NCBI GenBank assembly: GCA_011364975.1 | Contig: RDOE01000006.1 | Location: 1 to 64,000, forward strand | Source: Promethearchaeota archaeon | GTDB taxonomy: Archaea > Asgardarchaeota > Lokiarchaeia > Sigyniarchaeales > SOKP01 | Reading direction: 5' to 3' | Length of the DNA stretch: 64,000 nt | Shown here: positions 29,264-40,049 of the stretch, in pieces | Numbering within the stretch: the stretch's first letter is position 1 | How the letters are laid out: every line of letters starts with the position of its first letter | Position numbers and translations under genes: made by a program | Notes under the pieces: generated by a model | Told to the model about the DNA's origin: nothing | Seen by the model: the letters and a program-made list of their open reading frames with translations, nothing else | Databases searched by the model: none

Positions 29264-29595
29264 GTTGGAAAAATATTTAAATCAGAAATTCTCCAACACT
29301 AAATTTATCTTCTTTTTTATTTTACAAACAATCTATTTTTTTTAATTTATTTTATATTTCGGCTAAATTTTTCTCTTAAATTAATCCTTTTTACCGACAG
29401 ATTTCATATTAATAATTTATCGGAATTTTATAGGTTAAAAAATATTTTTAAAAAAGTATGGGGTGAGAAATAAAACCTTTTTATATATTAATGGGTTATA
29501 TTTAATAGTATTTATATAATACATAAATACTAAATTCAATTTAATTGACTGAAAATCAAAAAGATAGGTTGATATAATCAAAAGAGTTGATTAAT

Positions 29596-30030
29596 ATGGT
29601 TGATGAAGCATTATTAAAAGAAATGAAGGGAAAATTTGATGCTGGAGCCGCTGCTGGAGATCCAGCAGACTCTTTAAAGGTTTTTGAGCTCTTTAAACAA
29701 ATTGCTGAAGAGAATGACGACTTAAAAGAAGAATTGGAAGATATGGACATTGTTATTCAGGCGGTAGTTACAGATGCTGATTATAAATTCTGGCTAAAAG
29801 CCCATGATGGGACCTTAGAGTATGGTGATGGAGATGTTGATAATCCATCCTTTACGTTTTCAGCTAATAAGGAAGTCGGGTTAGGTATGTTATTCGGAGA
29901 AGTTGATGCTACAAGTGCCTATATGGCTGGTGACATCACAGTAGAAGGTAACTTACAAGACGCGATGGCTTTCCAAGAAATTATCGAATTAGCCTTGGAA
30001 GCGTATGAAGATTTAGCTGAAGATTTATAA
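29596..30030 (+). CDS. SCP2 sterol/lipid-binding domain protein (acidic, close paralogue of 28835..29263)
   Basis: Near-identical protein; ATG 29596 (MVDE) aligns with the paralogue start. Confidence 0.9.
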   Translation: MVDEALLKEMKGKFDAGAAAGDPADSLKVFELFKQIAEENDDLKEELEDMDIVIQAVVTDADYKFWLKAHDGTLEYGDGDVDNPSFTFSANKEVGLGMLFGEVDATSAYMAGDITVEGNLQDAMAFQEIIELALEAYEDLAEDL

Positions 30031-30119
30031 AAAGATTAAGTCTATTAAATTCATTTATCTTCAGAGAAATCTAATCTCATTTTTTTTTATTTATTTTTAT
30101 CAATAAACTCAAGTTATAA

Positions 30120-31382
30120 TTATTTTCTCTGTTTTATGGTTAGTTTAAACACTTTATCATTTTTTTTTACTGGTTTATCCACTAATACACCGATAGAAAT
30201 ACTTTGAGTACCTGATTTAATGATGGGAGTTTCAGTAAGGTTCTTTTTCTGCTTAATTTGAATTGAAGTTACTTTTTGTCGTAAATATGTATCCGTATGC
30301 GTTCCAGTAATGAAAATTTCATCCCCCAATTTTAATTTACCTCTTGAAAGTAGTATTTTAGCTGCTTTTCTCTCTGGATAATAATTTAAAACTTTGCCAA
30401 TTTCGCTCTTTCTATATTTCGATACATTTCCATCATCCTCTCTTTGGATTTCTGTTCCTGTGGGTAAACCATAATAAAATCCAGTTGAAAAACCTCGATT
30501 GTATACCTTATTTAATTGTGAAAGCCAATATTTTACCTTTTCTTCTCTATATTCCTTGTTGAAATATGCATCAATCGCTTCTCTATAACATTTAGTAGCA
30601 GTCTCAACATATATTGGATCCCGCATTCGGCCTTCTATCTTAAAAGCATCAATATCGGCTTCAATCAATTCGGGGATATGTTCTATCATACACAAATCCT
30701 TAGTGTTGATAAAGAATACACCATCATATAGGAGTTCGTTTGATTGATCATCAACGACTCTCCATCTTCTGCGACAAGGTTGGATACATCGACCTCGATT
30801 TGCAGAATATTCTTGAGAACCACAAATTTCCGCAGAAAAATAACATCTTCCGGAGATAGAAGTACATTGAGCACCATGTACAAATGTTTCTATTTCAGTA
30901 GTAATTAATTTATTCTTAATTTCTTTAATTTGATTAAGAGAAAGTTCTCGAGCAAGGATTAGTCTTTGAGCGCCCAACTTCTCATAAAATTTTGCGCTTT
31001 GGGAGTTAGAAATATTTGCTTGAGTTGATATATGAAATGGTAAACCTCGCTCCTTGACTAATTCGATGGCACCAATATCATGAATTATTACTGCATCAAT
31101 TTCCGCTTCTAAAGCTTGATCTAATACATTTTTGAGCAATTCGAGCTCATTTTCATAGATCACGATGTTTGTGGTTAAATACGCATTAATGTTGAAATCA
31201 TGACACGTTTTTACGACATTTGATAAATCACTTAATTTAAAATTATCACTGAACATTCTCATATTAAAAGATTCTACGCCAAAATACACAGCATTAGCAC
31301 TTTCTAATACCGCATTTAATGACTTGTAATTTTTCAAGGGTGCCATTAATTCAGGCTTTTTTTTAGTAGCCATTATCGCCAT
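30120..31382 (-). CDS. Peptidase U32 family protein (TrhP/RlhA-like Fe-S hydroxylation family)
   Basis: PELMAP, HISTQAN, ILARELS, HGAQCTSISGRC, CIQPCR, FKIEGRMR. Confidence 0.92.
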   Translation of the reverse strand: MAIMATKKKPELMAPLKNYKSLNAVLESANAVYFGVESFNMRMFSDNFKLSDLSNVVKTCHDFNINAYLTTNIVIYENELELLKNVLDQALEAEIDAVIIHDIGAIELVKERGLPFHISTQANISNSQSAKFYEKLGAQRLILARELSLNQIKEIKNKLITTEIETFVHGAQCTSISGRCYFSAEICGSQEYSANRGRCIQPCRRRWRVVDDQSNELLYDGVFFINTKDLCMIEHIPELIEADIDAFKIEGRMRDPIYVETATKCYREAIDAYFNKEYREEKVKYWLSQLNKVYNRGFSTGFYYGLPTGTEIQREDDGNVSKYRKSEIGKVLNYYPERKAAKILLSRGKLKLGDEIFITGTHTDTYLRQKVTSIQIKQKKNLTETPIIKSGTQSISIGVLVDKPVKKNDKVFKLTIKQRK

Positions 31383-31476
31383 CCCATATTAAATACTTAT
31401 AATAGAAATAAGTAAACAAGGTAAATATTATGATTGATTATTAAAAAAAATAAATAATAAAAAGTTGAATTAAGTT

Positions 31477-33201
31477 TTACAAAGCGGTAAACCAAAGATA
31501 AAACAAGAACATTCCAATTGCAAAGAATAGTCCTGAAAAAATATACGCCATATGTTTTGCATAATTGCGAAAACGTCTTCCTGACTCGGTTTCTATTGTA
31601 TCTACTTGAATATATGGATTTGGGCCCCTTCGATACCAGCCTTTTATTCTAACGTTTTGCCCAACTAACCGTTTAGCCTTGGTAATAGCCCAGAAAAAGT
31701 CTACAAAAGGCAATCCATAGCGGTAATCTATATACATTAAACCAGTGCTATCTTGAAAAAATAAATCTTCACTAAAGTAATAACCTGGAATTCCCCTTCC
31801 AACAATTCTTCCTTCAATTATTGTAGGTACCGTTCGTATTGGAGATACTTTTATATTGGACACTAGTTCCACAATGTTATTAAACTCAAATCCGGTACGA
31901 TATTTAAAGTATGCTCTAGCTATTACTCCTATTCCTATTGCAAAGAATCCTAGAGCCCAAAATAAGATAAAATTACTATAGAATAAAGGAATTTGCCAAG
32001 AAAATAACCCTACCATCCCTAAAATCTGTATAATTGTTAAGCCAAGTAATATAAAGAATATTAGCCATGGTAAGTTTTTTATAGTTAAATCCACTAAAAA
32101 CTCATCTAACATAGACTTACCTGCTTGCTCTTCTTTAATCTTTTTAGCTCCTGATAAATCATATTCAACTGGAACCCCATAAATCTCACATTCTTTGTTA
32201 AGTCTTTGGATTCTTTTAGCAGGTAGAGGATGTGTACTAAAGAGTTGAAAGTATTTTGCCCATGGATTGAATAAATCCCAACCAGCAGCTGCTTCAACTG
32301 CTTTTTTCGAAATTTGACCATCTAAACCTATTATAGTTTGCGTTGAAATAAGACCGGACTTATTGGGCTCAAAAATACCTAGACCACGAAGTGCTCTGAC
32401 GGGAGATTTACGTTTTTCATGCATTTCTTCTGTTGATCCACTCACAAGTAAACCATAAGCTATCTTAATTAAAGCAGTTGAGAGATCGTTTGGATTGTTA
32501 GTTATTTCTGCAGAATGTTGATCAGCATAATATTCTCGGATTCGACTTATTAATAATGATACTAGATATCCAATGTAATACGCTATATAGGATATTGCAG
32601 CTATAGCTATTAAGGCTAATCCAATGTAATTACCTGAATCACTATCTCTAGATCGCCTCGAACTTCCAGAAAATCTAGCAGCATAATAAGACCATCGTGC
32701 TATGGTCAATAATATTAGAGGAATAGCGAATACAACTGTCATTAATATGAAATCACTATGTACAATATGTCCTAATTCGTGAGCAACTACAGCTTTTTGT
32801 TCTTTCTTATTTAGATAATGTAAAATGCCATCTGTGACAACTAATCTAGCACTATTCTTAGTCCAACCAAATGTAAAAGCATTTGGATTTAGATCATGAA
32901 TAATTCCCATTTTCGGGGTTCTTATTCCTTCATATTCAACAACTTTGTTTACTGCGTCAGCAAGATGTGGAAATTGAAAAGTAAAATCCTCATACGTGAT
33001 CCAATCTATCCTATAAATCCAACGAATAATAAGAGGGGATATTCCATACTGAAAAAGAACAATCAAAATTGTGAATGCAACCATCAAGAAAAGTCCAAAT
33101 AAGTCATTTGGAAGAAACCATATACCTATTGTAAATACAACCGCATAAATCAATCCAAACAAAAACAAAACAGCAAAAGAGGATGCTAATTTTAGTCCCA
33201 T
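31477..33201 (-). CDS. htpX: HtpX-like M48 zinc metalloprotease with C-terminal extension
   Basis: PNAFTFG, AHELGH, SRIREYYAD, STHPLPAKRI; extra TM and OB-like C-terminal region. Confidence 0.88.
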   Translation of the reverse strand: MGLKLASSFAVLFLFGLIYAVVFTIGIWFLPNDLFGLFLMVAFTILIVLFQYGISPLIIRWIYRIDWITYEDFTFQFPHLADAVNKVVEYEGIRTPKMGIIHDLNPNAFTFGWTKNSARLVVTDGILHYLNKKEQKAVVAHELGHIVHSDFILMTVVFAIPLILLTIARWSYYAARFSGSSRRSRDSDSGNYIGLALIAIAAISYIAYYIGYLVSLLISRIREYYADQHSAEITNNPNDLSTALIKIAYGLLVSGSTEEMHEKRKSPVRALRGLGIFEPNKSGLISTQTIIGLDGQISKKAVEAAAGWDLFNPWAKYFQLFSTHPLPAKRIQRLNKECEIYGVPVEYDLSGAKKIKEEQAGKSMLDEFLVDLTIKNLPWLIFFILLGLTIIQILGMVGLFSWQIPLFYSNFILFWALGFFAIGIGVIARAYFKYRTGFEFNNIVELVSNIKVSPIRTVPTIIEGRIVGRGIPGYYFSEDLFFQDSTGLMYIDYRYGLPFVDFFWAITKAKRLVGQNVRIKGWYRRGPNPYIQVDTIETESGRRFRNYAKHMAYIFSGLFFAIGMFLFYLWFTAL

Positions 33202-33403
33202 AATTATCGATTTAATTTTTTAATTTAAATAGTATTTATTAATCATTTTTTCAAAATGAATACTTATGATATTCAAGGAGGATTGGACTATTAACTTTAA
33301 TGGTGATTAAGGTAAGTTTTAAGAATTAATTTTCAATATCGAAAGAATTAAAACTGAAATCTTACATAATTATTTTAGGTTTTTTCCTATTATAGGTGGA
33401 TTA

Positions 33404-34030
33404 ATAATCGATTCAGATTTAAAAAAGCTTTATGATTTAACAGATTACCTTATCAAGCAACAATTTTATTTAACAGGCACTGACACCATTTTAGGGAGAA
33501 CTCCAGAAATATCAATAAAAATAAAGCATTCTGGTAAAGTTGTACGCAGATTTAAAGATCTTTTTTTAGATAATATCCATTTGTTCTTGGAGGGTAAATA
33601 CTTAGACTTTTTTGAAACTTTTAAACGAATTGAAGGGATTGATGATAACCATATCAAAGAGATTTATCAAGATATTCAAATTAAACTTGCAACCATGCAT
33701 ACGGAAGATTTTGATGTTACAATTCTCTATACTATTGCGTTAAGTTCATTGCTTTCAGGTATTCGAGAAATACATTTTAATATTTCTATTAATAAAGTAA
33801 TTGAAAGATTGATGATGCAAAATTCAGAATTAACAAAAAATCATATTCAGTTTGAATTAGATAAACTTTTTATGAAAAATAACGAAAATATTTCTATTCT
33901 CTACAATATATCTTTTCTTGAGGCTTTAGCGGAATCATTTAATTTTAAGTCAGTTTCTAAAAGATGTAAAATAGAGAATGCAAAATATAGGAACATAGTG
34001 GTAAAATTAATTCTAACCTCTACAAAATAA
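33404..34030 (+). CDS. Hypothetical protein (probable ATA/ATC start upstream of tracked TTG 33581)
   Basis: Frame open at least 59 codons upstream of 33581 (IIDSDLKKLYDLTDYLIKQQFYLTGTDTILGRTPE); AGGTGG just upstream of ATA 33404/ATC 33407. Confidence 0.55.
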   Translation: MIDSDLKKLYDLTDYLIKQQFYLTGTDTILGRTPEISIKIKHSGKVVRRFKDLFLDNIHLFLEGKYLDFFETFKRIEGIDDNHIKEIYQDIQIKLATMHTEDFDVTILYTIALSSLLSGIREIHFNISINKVIERLMMQNSELTKNHIQFELDKLFMKNNENISILYNISFLEALAESFNFKSVSKRCKIENAKYRNIVVKLILTSTK

Positions 34031-34180
34031 TCATTTTTATTTTATTAGGGAAAATTTATTAATAGAATTTAGCATCATGAATCAAAAGAAATTTATCTTG
34101 ATAAAGAGTATTATAATCATATATAAAATCATTTAAAATGTATAAATAACTTAAGAGTTTAAATTTACTTAGGTGATTGA

Positions 34181-36085
34181 ATGTCTGAAGATTATAAAAA
34201 AAGGTTTTCAAATCAATTGAAAAATTATAATAAAAAAGAAGTCACCCTCACAAAAGCAATAAAAGATTATATTAATCCTGGTGATAGGATTTTTATCGAT
34301 TCTGGGTGTTCAGAACCAATTGAATTAACAAAAAAGTTAATAGAATTGGGTGTAGAACTTCCAGATATCGAAATTATGCATTTTCTAAGTCTAAGTGATC
34401 TTGATTATTATGAAACTGCCGGTGGGATTGAAGATCTTTTCCGGCATAACGCATTTTTTATTGGAAAATCTCTACGCAAATACATTAAAGCCGGACAAGC
34501 AGACTATACTCCTATGCTTCTTTCAGAAATTCCTTGGCTTTTTAAGCTAGGAAAGATGCATTTGGATACTGCTTTAATCCAAGTTAGTCCTCCCGATAAA
34601 TATGGATTTTGTAGTTATGGAATAAATGTAGATATTGTTAAACCTATAGCGGAATCAGCTGAATACGTAGTAGCTGAAATAAACCCGAAAATGCCCCGTA
34701 CTTTAGGAGATTCATTTATTCATATGGACGATATCGACGCTTATGTTGTTACAGATCATGATATTATTGATTTTAATTATGGAGAACCTGATGAAGTATC
34801 ACAAAAAATCGCTAAATTCGTAGCATCACTTATAGAAGATAATTCTACTATTCAAATGGGAATCGGTCAAATTCCTAATGCAGTTACTAACGAATTAGGA
34901 GAAAAAAAAGATTTAGGGGTCCATAGCGAAGTATTTTCTGATGGGATTGTTGATCTAGTGGAGAAGGGAGTAATTACATGCAAGAAGAAAACAATTCATA
35001 AGGATAAAATAATTTGTTCTTTTGTAATGGGATCTAAACAGTTGTATGATTTTGTTGATGACAATCCTATGGTCGAGTTCCATCCTTGCGATTACACAAA
35101 TGATCCTTACATTATAAGCCAAAACAGAAAACAAGTAGCGATTAACGCAGCATTATCGGTGGATTTGACTGGACAAGTTAATTCAGATTCCATCGGACAT
35201 CAATTTTATAGCGGTATCGGTGGTCAAGTAGATTTTGTAAGAGGGGCAGCAAGAGCGATTGATGGAAAGCCTATCATGGTATTACCTTCAACAGCTCAAT
35301 TAAAAGATGGTACTATGATCTCTAGAATTGTACCATTTTTACAACCGGGTACTGGTGTAGTAGTAACACGAGGTGATGTTCACTATTTAGTCACCGAATG
35401 GGGTATCGCTTATCTCTATGGTAAAAGTATACGCGAAAGAGTACTTGAAATGATAAATATTGCACATCCTGATTTCCGTGAAGAGCTTTTGGAGCATGCA
35501 AAGAAATGGAATTATCTCTATTCTGATCAAAAACTTCCCTCTTCTATTAATGGTAGAATTAGTATTTATCCTGAAAAATATGAAACTATGAAAGAGTTAA
35601 AGAATGGGAAAACCATAAAGATTCGTCCAGTGAAGCCAACTGATGAACGTATAATCCAAGAACTTCATTATTCCTTAGATGAAAAGGATAGATATCTCCG
35701 ATTTTTCTCACCTGTGAAAGATTTCAGACATAAAAAAATGCAACCAATGGTGAATATAGATTATACAACAAATATGATTTTAGTCGTAGAATACTCTGAA
35801 AATGGTCAAGAAAGGATTGTTGCATTAGGGGCTTTCTTTAAAACTTTTAATCCATCATTGGCGGAAATATCTTTTGTTGTTCATAAGGATTGGAGAGGAT
35901 TAGGAATTACGAGATTTTTATTGAAATATTTAGCACAAATAGGAAAAGAGTTGGGATATAAAACCTTTGGTGGATCTATATTGATTGAAAATCGCCCAAT
36001 GCTTCACATTATTAACAATTCAGGATATAACCTCAAGTTAAAGAAAATTGAAGAGGGTGTTTTTGAGTTTGCCTTTGATCTTTAA
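34181..36085 (+). CDS. Acetyl-CoA hydrolase/CoA-transferase fused to C-terminal GNAT domain
   Basis: QVSPPDKYGFCSYG, QMGIGQIP, LGVHSE, SGIGGQVDFVRGA, VTEWGIA; GNAT part IRPVKPTD, YLRFF, WRGLGI. Confidence 0.92.
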   Translation: MSEDYKKRFSNQLKNYNKKEVTLTKAIKDYINPGDRIFIDSGCSEPIELTKKLIELGVELPDIEIMHFLSLSDLDYYETAGGIEDLFRHNAFFIGKSLRKYIKAGQADYTPMLLSEIPWLFKLGKMHLDTALIQVSPPDKYGFCSYGINVDIVKPIAESAEYVVAEINPKMPRTLGDSFIHMDDIDAYVVTDHDIIDFNYGEPDEVSQKIAKFVASLIEDNSTIQMGIGQIPNAVTNELGEKKDLGVHSEVFSDGIVDLVEKGVITCKKKTIHKDKIICSFVMGSKQLYDFVDDNPMVEFHPCDYTNDPYIISQNRKQVAINAALSVDLTGQVNSDSIGHQFYSGIGGQVDFVRGAARAIDGKPIMVLPSTAQLKDGTMISRIVPFLQPGTGVVVTRGDVHYLVTEWGIAYLYGKSIRERVLEMINIAHPDFREELLEHAKKWNYLYSDQKLPSSINGRISIYPEKYETMKELKNGKTIKIRPVKPTDERIIQELHYSLDEKDRYLRFFSPVKDFRHKKMQPMVNIDYTTNMILVVEYSENGQERIVALGAFFKTFNPSLAEISFVVHKDWRGLGITRFLLKYLAQIGKELGYKTFGGSILIENRPMLHIINNSGYNLKLKKIEEGVFEFAFDL

Positions 36086-36196
36086 CTTTTTTTAAATGAT
36101 CAAAAATAAGGAAAATTCTTAATATGATCTCAAGATCGAATTAGATTAATTAAAAAAGCAAAAAAAAAATTAGAAGAGATTATAGGAACAAGTTTA

Positions 36197-37201
36197 ATGA
36201 ATGAATTTATTAAACCTAAAGTTGTAGTGAGTAGGTGCTTGGAATTTGATTACTGTAGATGGAATGGGAATATCATTAAAAGTCCTATTGTTAATATTAT
36301 GAAATCTTATATTGACTTTCAGCCTATTTGTGCTGAATTTGAAATAGGATTAGGAGTACCTCGGCATCCAGTTCGAATTGAAATTAAAAATAATGAATTA
36401 TTTATGATACAACCAATAACTGAAACAGATGTAACCGTAAAGATGAGGCAATTCAGTGATACTTTTTTAAATACTTTAGGAAAGGTTGATGGTTTTATTT
36501 TTAAATCTGATTCTCCTTCTTGTGGTGTTTATAATGTTAAACATTATATAAGATCTGAAAAAAATGAAGCTTATGTAAAAGAAAGAGGATGTGGTCTCTT
36601 TACTAAAATTATTTTAGAACATTTCCCCTATTCCGCTATCGAAACTGAAGCCAGATTGAGAAATTTTCGCATAAGAGAACATTTTCTTACTAAACTTTAT
36701 ACTATTGCCTCCTTTCGGGAATTAAAGCAGTCGATAAGTATCCCAAAACTTATCCAATTTCATACTTATAATAAATACTTATTTATGGCATATAATCAAA
36801 CTGAAATGCGAATTTTAGGGCGATTACTTGCTAACCAGAAGGAATATTCATTAAATGATCTACTACATAAATATGAACAATCCATGTTGAATATACTAAG
36901 CTATCCTCCGAAATATACTTCAAATATTAACATTCTGATGCACATGTTAGGATATTTCTCTAAAAACCTTACAACAGAAGAAAAAGCATTCTTTTTAGAT
37001 GAATTAGAAAAATATCGAGCAGGTTGGGTTCCTCTTTATGTTTGTAACAACCTAATCAAATTATGGATAAGGAAATTTAATGAAGAATATCTAAAAGAGC
37101 AGAGCTTTTTGAACCCTTTCCCACAAGAACTCATGAATTTTGATTTAAAGGATACATGGAGAGGTAGAGATTATTGGAACAAACCCGAAAAAAGGTTATA
37201 A
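36197..37201 (+). CDS. YbgA family protein (DUF523 2-thiouracil desulfurase-like + DUF1722)
   Basis: VSRCL..CRWNG, CAEFEIGLGVPR, KSDSPSCG, HMLGYFS, PFPQEL. Confidence 0.9.
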   Translation: MNEFIKPKVVVSRCLEFDYCRWNGNIIKSPIVNIMKSYIDFQPICAEFEIGLGVPRHPVRIEIKNNELFMIQPITETDVTVKMRQFSDTFLNTLGKVDGFIFKSDSPSCGVYNVKHYIRSEKNEAYVKERGCGLFTKIILEHFPYSAIETEARLRNFRIREHFLTKLYTIASFRELKQSISIPKLIQFHTYNKYLFMAYNQTEMRILGRLLANQKEYSLNDLLHKYEQSMLNILSYPPKYTSNINILMHMLGYFSKNLTTEEKAFFLDELEKYRAGWVPLYVCNNLIKLWIRKFNEEYLKEQSFLNPFPQELMNFDLKDTWRGRDYWNKPEKRL

Positions 37202-37259
37202 TAAAAAAGGATCAAACTCTTTTATAATTAATCAGATACTAAGCTATTATAAATTATGG

Positions 37260-38123
37260 TTGATTTTTATCTTAATTACTCAATTTCATGAAATTTTTAA
37301 AAAGGAAGGATTAAGCTCAGAAGTAATTAATACATTCCACCAGATTATATGTTCATATTTTAAGAGAAATGGAAGAAATTTTTCCTTCAGAGATGAAATA
37401 TCTCCATATAAAGTATTAGTATCTGAAATGATGTTACAACAGACTCAAACGAATCAAGTTGATGAAAAGTTTGAACAATTTATAAAAAAATATCCTGATT
37501 TTAAAACATTAGCTAATACCTCTAATGAGGAATTATTAGCAATATGGCAAGGCCTAGGTTATAATCGAAGAGCTTTAGCTTTAAGAGATATAGCTCAAAA
37601 AGTAATTAGTGAGTATAATGGCATCTTACCTGCAGATGTAGAAATACTTAAAAGTTTTCCTCAAATAGGTCATAACACAGCATCTTCGATTGTTGCATTT
37701 GCATTTAATATGCCAACATATTTTATTGAAACTAATATTAGACGTGTGTACATTTACTTTTTTTTTCCCGGGAAGAAATCTGTAAAAGATAGTGAAATAT
37801 TACCCATAGTAAAAAAAACATTGGATAATAAACATATTCGAGAATGGTATTATGCATTAATGGATTATGGAGTTATGCTCAAAAAAACTCACCCTGAACT
37901 AAATAAAAAAAGTGCTCATTATAGAAAACAATCTCAATTTAAAGGTTCAACAAGAGAAGTTAGAGGAAGAATTTTGAAATTATTAATTAATAAAAAATCT
38001 CTTTCAGAATCAGAGATACGTCACCACTTCTCAAATTCATCGGTCGATGTTTTAAAAGTATTAAAAGTGTTAATAGAAGAAGGTTTTCTTAAAAAGGAAA
38101 AAAGAAGGTATACTTTAGCTTAA
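37260..38123 (+). CDS. A/G-specific adenine glycosylase (short MutY-like, HhH-GPD)
   Basis: PYKVLVSEMMLQQTQ, WQGLGYNRRA, IETNIRRV, ALMDYG; no C-terminal Fe-S cysteines. Confidence 0.88.
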   Translation: MIFILITQFHEIFKKEGLSSEVINTFHQIICSYFKRNGRNFSFRDEISPYKVLVSEMMLQQTQTNQVDEKFEQFIKKYPDFKTLANTSNEELLAIWQGLGYNRRALALRDIAQKVISEYNGILPADVEILKSFPQIGHNTASSIVAFAFNMPTYFIETNIRRVYIYFFFPGKKSVKDSEILPIVKKTLDNKHIREWYYALMDYGVMLKKTHPELNKKSAHYRKQSQFKGSTREVRGRILKLLINKKSLSESEIRHHFSNSSVDVLKVLKVLIEEGFLKKEKRRYTLA

Positions 38124-38133
38124 TTATTCAATA

Positions 38134-39414
38134 CTATTTCTTTTGTTTCATCAGCCGCGCGATCTTGAAAGCTAAATCTTCTTGTTTTTTCCATTCACCA
38201 AATGCTAAACCTCGTACATTCAATTCATGAAGAATCTTCCTCACCTTTCTGCTAATTTTTTTAACATTTAAAGATTTAAAAGCAGTTTGAGGTAATGGCA
38301 AAAAAGAGTGAGTATGAATTCTTGCCCCCATTGTTGTAAGTTCTTTTATAACATCTATAGTCAAATCAATATCTTCATCTTCTTGAAATGGAAAACCAAA
38401 AATAAAGTCTACAATAGCTTTCAGTCCAAAATCAAGCGTTAATTGAACCGCGTTAAAGATATCATCAATACTATGGCCCCTATTACATAAATCAAGGATA
38501 CGTTGGCTTCCAGATTGGGCTCCGATAACAATATTATCATTTGAAGCATAATTCTTAACCAATTCTAAAGTTTCTTCCATGACATGTTCAGGTCTAACTT
38601 CTGAAGGAAATGATCCTAAAAATAACCTACCATCAGGTTCAATAATACTTTTAACTCGTTTAACTAATTCCTTTAATTTGATTAGATTTAGAGTTTTTCC
38701 ATCTAAAGAACCATAGGAAAAAGCATTAGGAGATATAAATCGAATATCTTTCTTATCGTACCTATTGGCCATAAATTCTACAGCTTTACAGATTGAATCG
38801 ATACTGCGGTGTCTAGGGAAGGTTCCTAAAAGATATGGTGTTTGACAAAAATAACAAACATAAGGACATCCTCTTGTAATTTCTATTGAGCCAAATTTTA
38901 CATGTTTAATGGGTAAAGGTGGATAGTCATCTAAATCAATAAGTTTACGTTTACTCGTAAAATGATACTGTTTTTCTTTATCCAAGTAAGCAATTCCTTT
39001 GATCTCGGTCAAATTTTCCCCGTCTTTTGTTTTTCTCATAATCTCAATGAGAGTTTCTTCTCCCTCTCCAACAACTACTAAATCAAATCCCATCTTAAGC
39101 GTATTGAAGGGTTCACCTGTAGCATGAGGTCCACCAGCAACTTTTATAACTTTTTTGGGATGTTTTTTATTTATTTTTTGGATTAAGTCATATATTTCCA
39201 ATAATTGAGATGTAAAGAACGAAATGCCTAAGATTATTAAATCAAATTTTGGTAAAATTGACTTTAGTTTATCAAATAGATTTTCTTTTCCTCTAGCAAA
39301 AAAGATTCTAATATCATCTAGATCTTTCTGGGTTTCTAAAGCAGCTACTAACGCATTAAAGCTGAAGAAATTCTCTTTTTGATAATAAATAAGAAAGGCG
39401 ATTTTTTTTTGCAC
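38134..39414 (-). CDS. B12-binding domain/radical SAM protein
   Basis: VAGGPHATG, VGEGEE, EITRGCPYVCYFCQTP, FPSEVRPE, GAQSGS. Confidence 0.92.
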   Translation of the reverse strand: MQKKIAFLIYYQKENFFSFNALVAALETQKDLDDIRIFFARGKENLFDKLKSILPKFDLIILGISFFTSQLLEIYDLIQKINKKHPKKVIKVAGGPHATGEPFNTLKMGFDLVVVGEGEETLIEIMRKTKDGENLTEIKGIAYLDKEKQYHFTSKRKLIDLDDYPPLPIKHVKFGSIEITRGCPYVCYFCQTPYLLGTFPRHRSIDSICKAVEFMANRYDKKDIRFISPNAFSYGSLDGKTLNLIKLKELVKRVKSIIEPDGRLFLGSFPSEVRPEHVMEETLELVKNYASNDNIVIGAQSGSQRILDLCNRGHSIDDIFNAVQLTLDFGLKAIVDFIFGFPFQEDEDIDLTIDVIKELTTMGARIHTHSFLPLPQTAFKSLNVKKISRKVRKILHELNVRGLAFGEWKKQEDLAFKIARLMKQKK

Positions 39415-39511
39415 TAAATTTACACGAATAATATTAAATTATTGAAATAGTATTATATATCAAAATAAATTAAGATTTAATTAATAATTTAAAAACTTGG
39501 TTGAGAGATAA

Positions 39512-39964
39512 ATGTTTTTGGGTGCTGACCTAATAGCAACTAATCCAAGCCAAGTAGGTATCGCTTGGCTAGATTTCTATTCTATAGGACATATTTGTTA
39601 TGGAATAGGATTATTTCTCTTTTTTTCACTTTTTTATACGATCCCTAAAAAGCACGGAAATGTTCCTATATTTTCTTTACTGTTTGTGTTCATCTTAACG
39701 GTGATTTTTGCTATACTTTGGGAACTTGTAGAAAATTCACTATTTATAGACCTTGGTTGGAAATTTGAAGGGAGAGCTGATAGTTGGCAAAACATTACTT
39801 CAGATATCATATTCGGTTGTCTTGGAGGGTTGGGTTCATGGTTATTCTGTTATTTAATTTTTGTTAAAGAGAAGAATATCTGGTTCTACTACATATTCGG
39901 ACTTCTTGGATTTGGTATATGGCTTGGAATCTTCATTATACTACGTAGTTTAACTTTAACTTAG
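39512..39964 (+). CDS. Membrane protein (DxxS.GH / WE.xEN motif family)
   Basis: DFYSIGH, WELVEN, DSWQNITSD; 4 TM helices. Confidence 0.6.
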   Translation: MFLGADLIATNPSQVGIAWLDFYSIGHICYGIGLFLFFSLFYTIPKKHGNVPIFSLLFVFILTVIFAILWELVENSLFIDLGWKFEGRADSWQNITSDIIFGCLGGLGSWLFCYLIFVKEKNIWFYYIFGLLGFGIWLGIFIILRSLTLT

Positions 39965-40049
39965 AAATCAAGGTAAAATAACAAAATGAAATACTTTATA
40001 ATTTATTTTTTCTATTTTTATTAAATAACTACTGTAGCTTGATTGATTA

